DNA from: Octopus vulgaris
Lineage: Eukaryota
Direction: 5' to 3'
Assembly: GCA_951406725.2 (NCBI GenBank)
Contig: OX597828.1
Span: forward strand, 41,106,001-41,170,000
DNA length: 64,000 bases
The notes beneath the pieces are model-generated. The model made no database searches. It was not told the DNA's origin and saw nothing but the letters and a program-made list of their open reading frames with translations. Position numbers and translations under genes: made by a program. Below, in pieces: positions 62,643 to 64,000 of the stretch (positions within the stretch are counted from its first letter, which is position 1; every line of letters begins with the position of its first letter).

Positions 62643-64000
62643 GTAAGTCTCATATCTTCACATTAGTTCTGTTAATGTTCAGATATTTATACCATTATGT
62701 AGAATAAGTAATCCTTGTACCATTATGTAAATGAGTTGTGCCATGTGTAATGTTGCTTAGATTTTAATAAATAGCTTTTTGATGTTATATTTTGGTATTT
62801 ATAAAGGTGAATCCTGATGACTCTTAAGATAAAACTCGTCAGTTTGATTCTTATACCAAGCTATCACAGAGCCATGTGGTCCTAACTGCAGAGTCCAACT
62901 GTAAAGCAAGAATATGTTTATTAAATATCAAAATGAATTACTAAAGCTACCAATATTTTTAATATATTATCTTCTGTTAGTCAAGTTAGTGTTCAAATTT
63001 CTAGGGAACATTATAAATACTAACTAGAAATAAATGTGGTGTAAAAAAATCAATATTAGTCAATAGTTAAATATTATTTTAATTATTTCATTAAGTATGG
63101 GAGACAACTCTTGACATGCTTAAGCCTTATTATATCCTCATCAGTGAAATAGAGACTTCACTGTACTTGTTGAAATTGTAGATTTACACCGAAATGATAG
63201 AACAATCGCAAGATTGTACTTTGGTTAACATGGAAAAATAGACTTGTTTAGAGAATATATTACTTAGAGCAACCATCTGCATAAAAAAACTATAGTTAAT
63301 GTTAAAATATATTTTATTATCTTCACTCTTGACAATTGTTCTTGTATCTTTGGCAGGAATTGTTGGGTGGTATATCAGGAAACATCTATCTTGTGTTCTA
63401 TCCCATTGTGGGAACTAAATAGGATACCGCTTCATTCTAAAACACTTACTTGCTATCGTATCTATCAACTTGGTACCAATTCATAAACAGTGTTGTCTTA
63501 AATAATTACAGGTTAATTATCGTTATCTGAGATACTCAAAAATATTTTTTTGATGATAGGATTTGAACCCTTGATCTTTCTGTTAGTGAACCAATCCCCA
63601 AATAACTTGGCTTCCAGTGACTCTCCAGTGAAGTTTATTGTTCTCAGAGCAACTGATATCAGTCTTAGGTCAACCCTGATTAAGTAAACCCATGAACAAA
63701 GGCTCTCTAGCCATGACCATCCACTAACTTTCAGATAAAGTTTATATCAACCTTCACTATCCAGTATATCGTTCTCCTTTTTAAAGATAGTATTTCATGA
63801 TTTGAGTGATTTGGTTGCTACTTCTAGCAAGTTGAACAACTATGAAGATGCTCTCTCATTAGTTTGAAGGATTCTGAGATCATAGTGATAACTCAAAGTG
63901 GCACAACTGAAGGTTTCATCTTCATATAGAGTATATTTAGAGGAAGTTAGAATGATCTAACCCCCCCACCCTTCCAAATGTTATACTCACAGGAGCTGGG

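Overview
AT-rich, microsatellite- and retroposon-dense eukaryotic DNA. The SINE and RTE families look like those of an Octopus-type coleoid cephalopod, which is an inference. Genes were assembled by hand from GT-AG splice sites. The window holds the last three exons of a BAZ1B/WSTF-like bromodomain gene (+, 3090-6074) and three paralogous FabG-like classical short-chain dehydrogenase/reductase (SDR) genes with the same intron positions. SDR-A (-, 25184-11075) has nine exons and is intact at 258 aa. SDR-B (+, 29800-43938) has nine exons and a 1-bp frameshift in exon 5. SDR-C (+, from 47327) has exons 1-7 in the window and runs off the right edge. Most notable: (1) a 2.87-kb foldback element in SDR-C intron 1 with ~1.3-kb near-identical inverted arms, an exact 8-bp target duplication, Merlin-type GGTAC ends, and a Merlin-like transposase remnant plus an RTE insert in each arm; (2) a ~1-kb gene-conversion tract that makes SDR-C a B/A/B mosaic across the catalytic-Tyr exon; (3) a candidate Penelope-type hammerhead ribozyme in SDR-C intron 2; (4) a 45-bp minisatellite at the 5' truncation point of a CR1 LINE, and a STAT/kB-motif minisatellite upstream of SDR-C. 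Most ORFs in the supplied track are artefacts of repeats.
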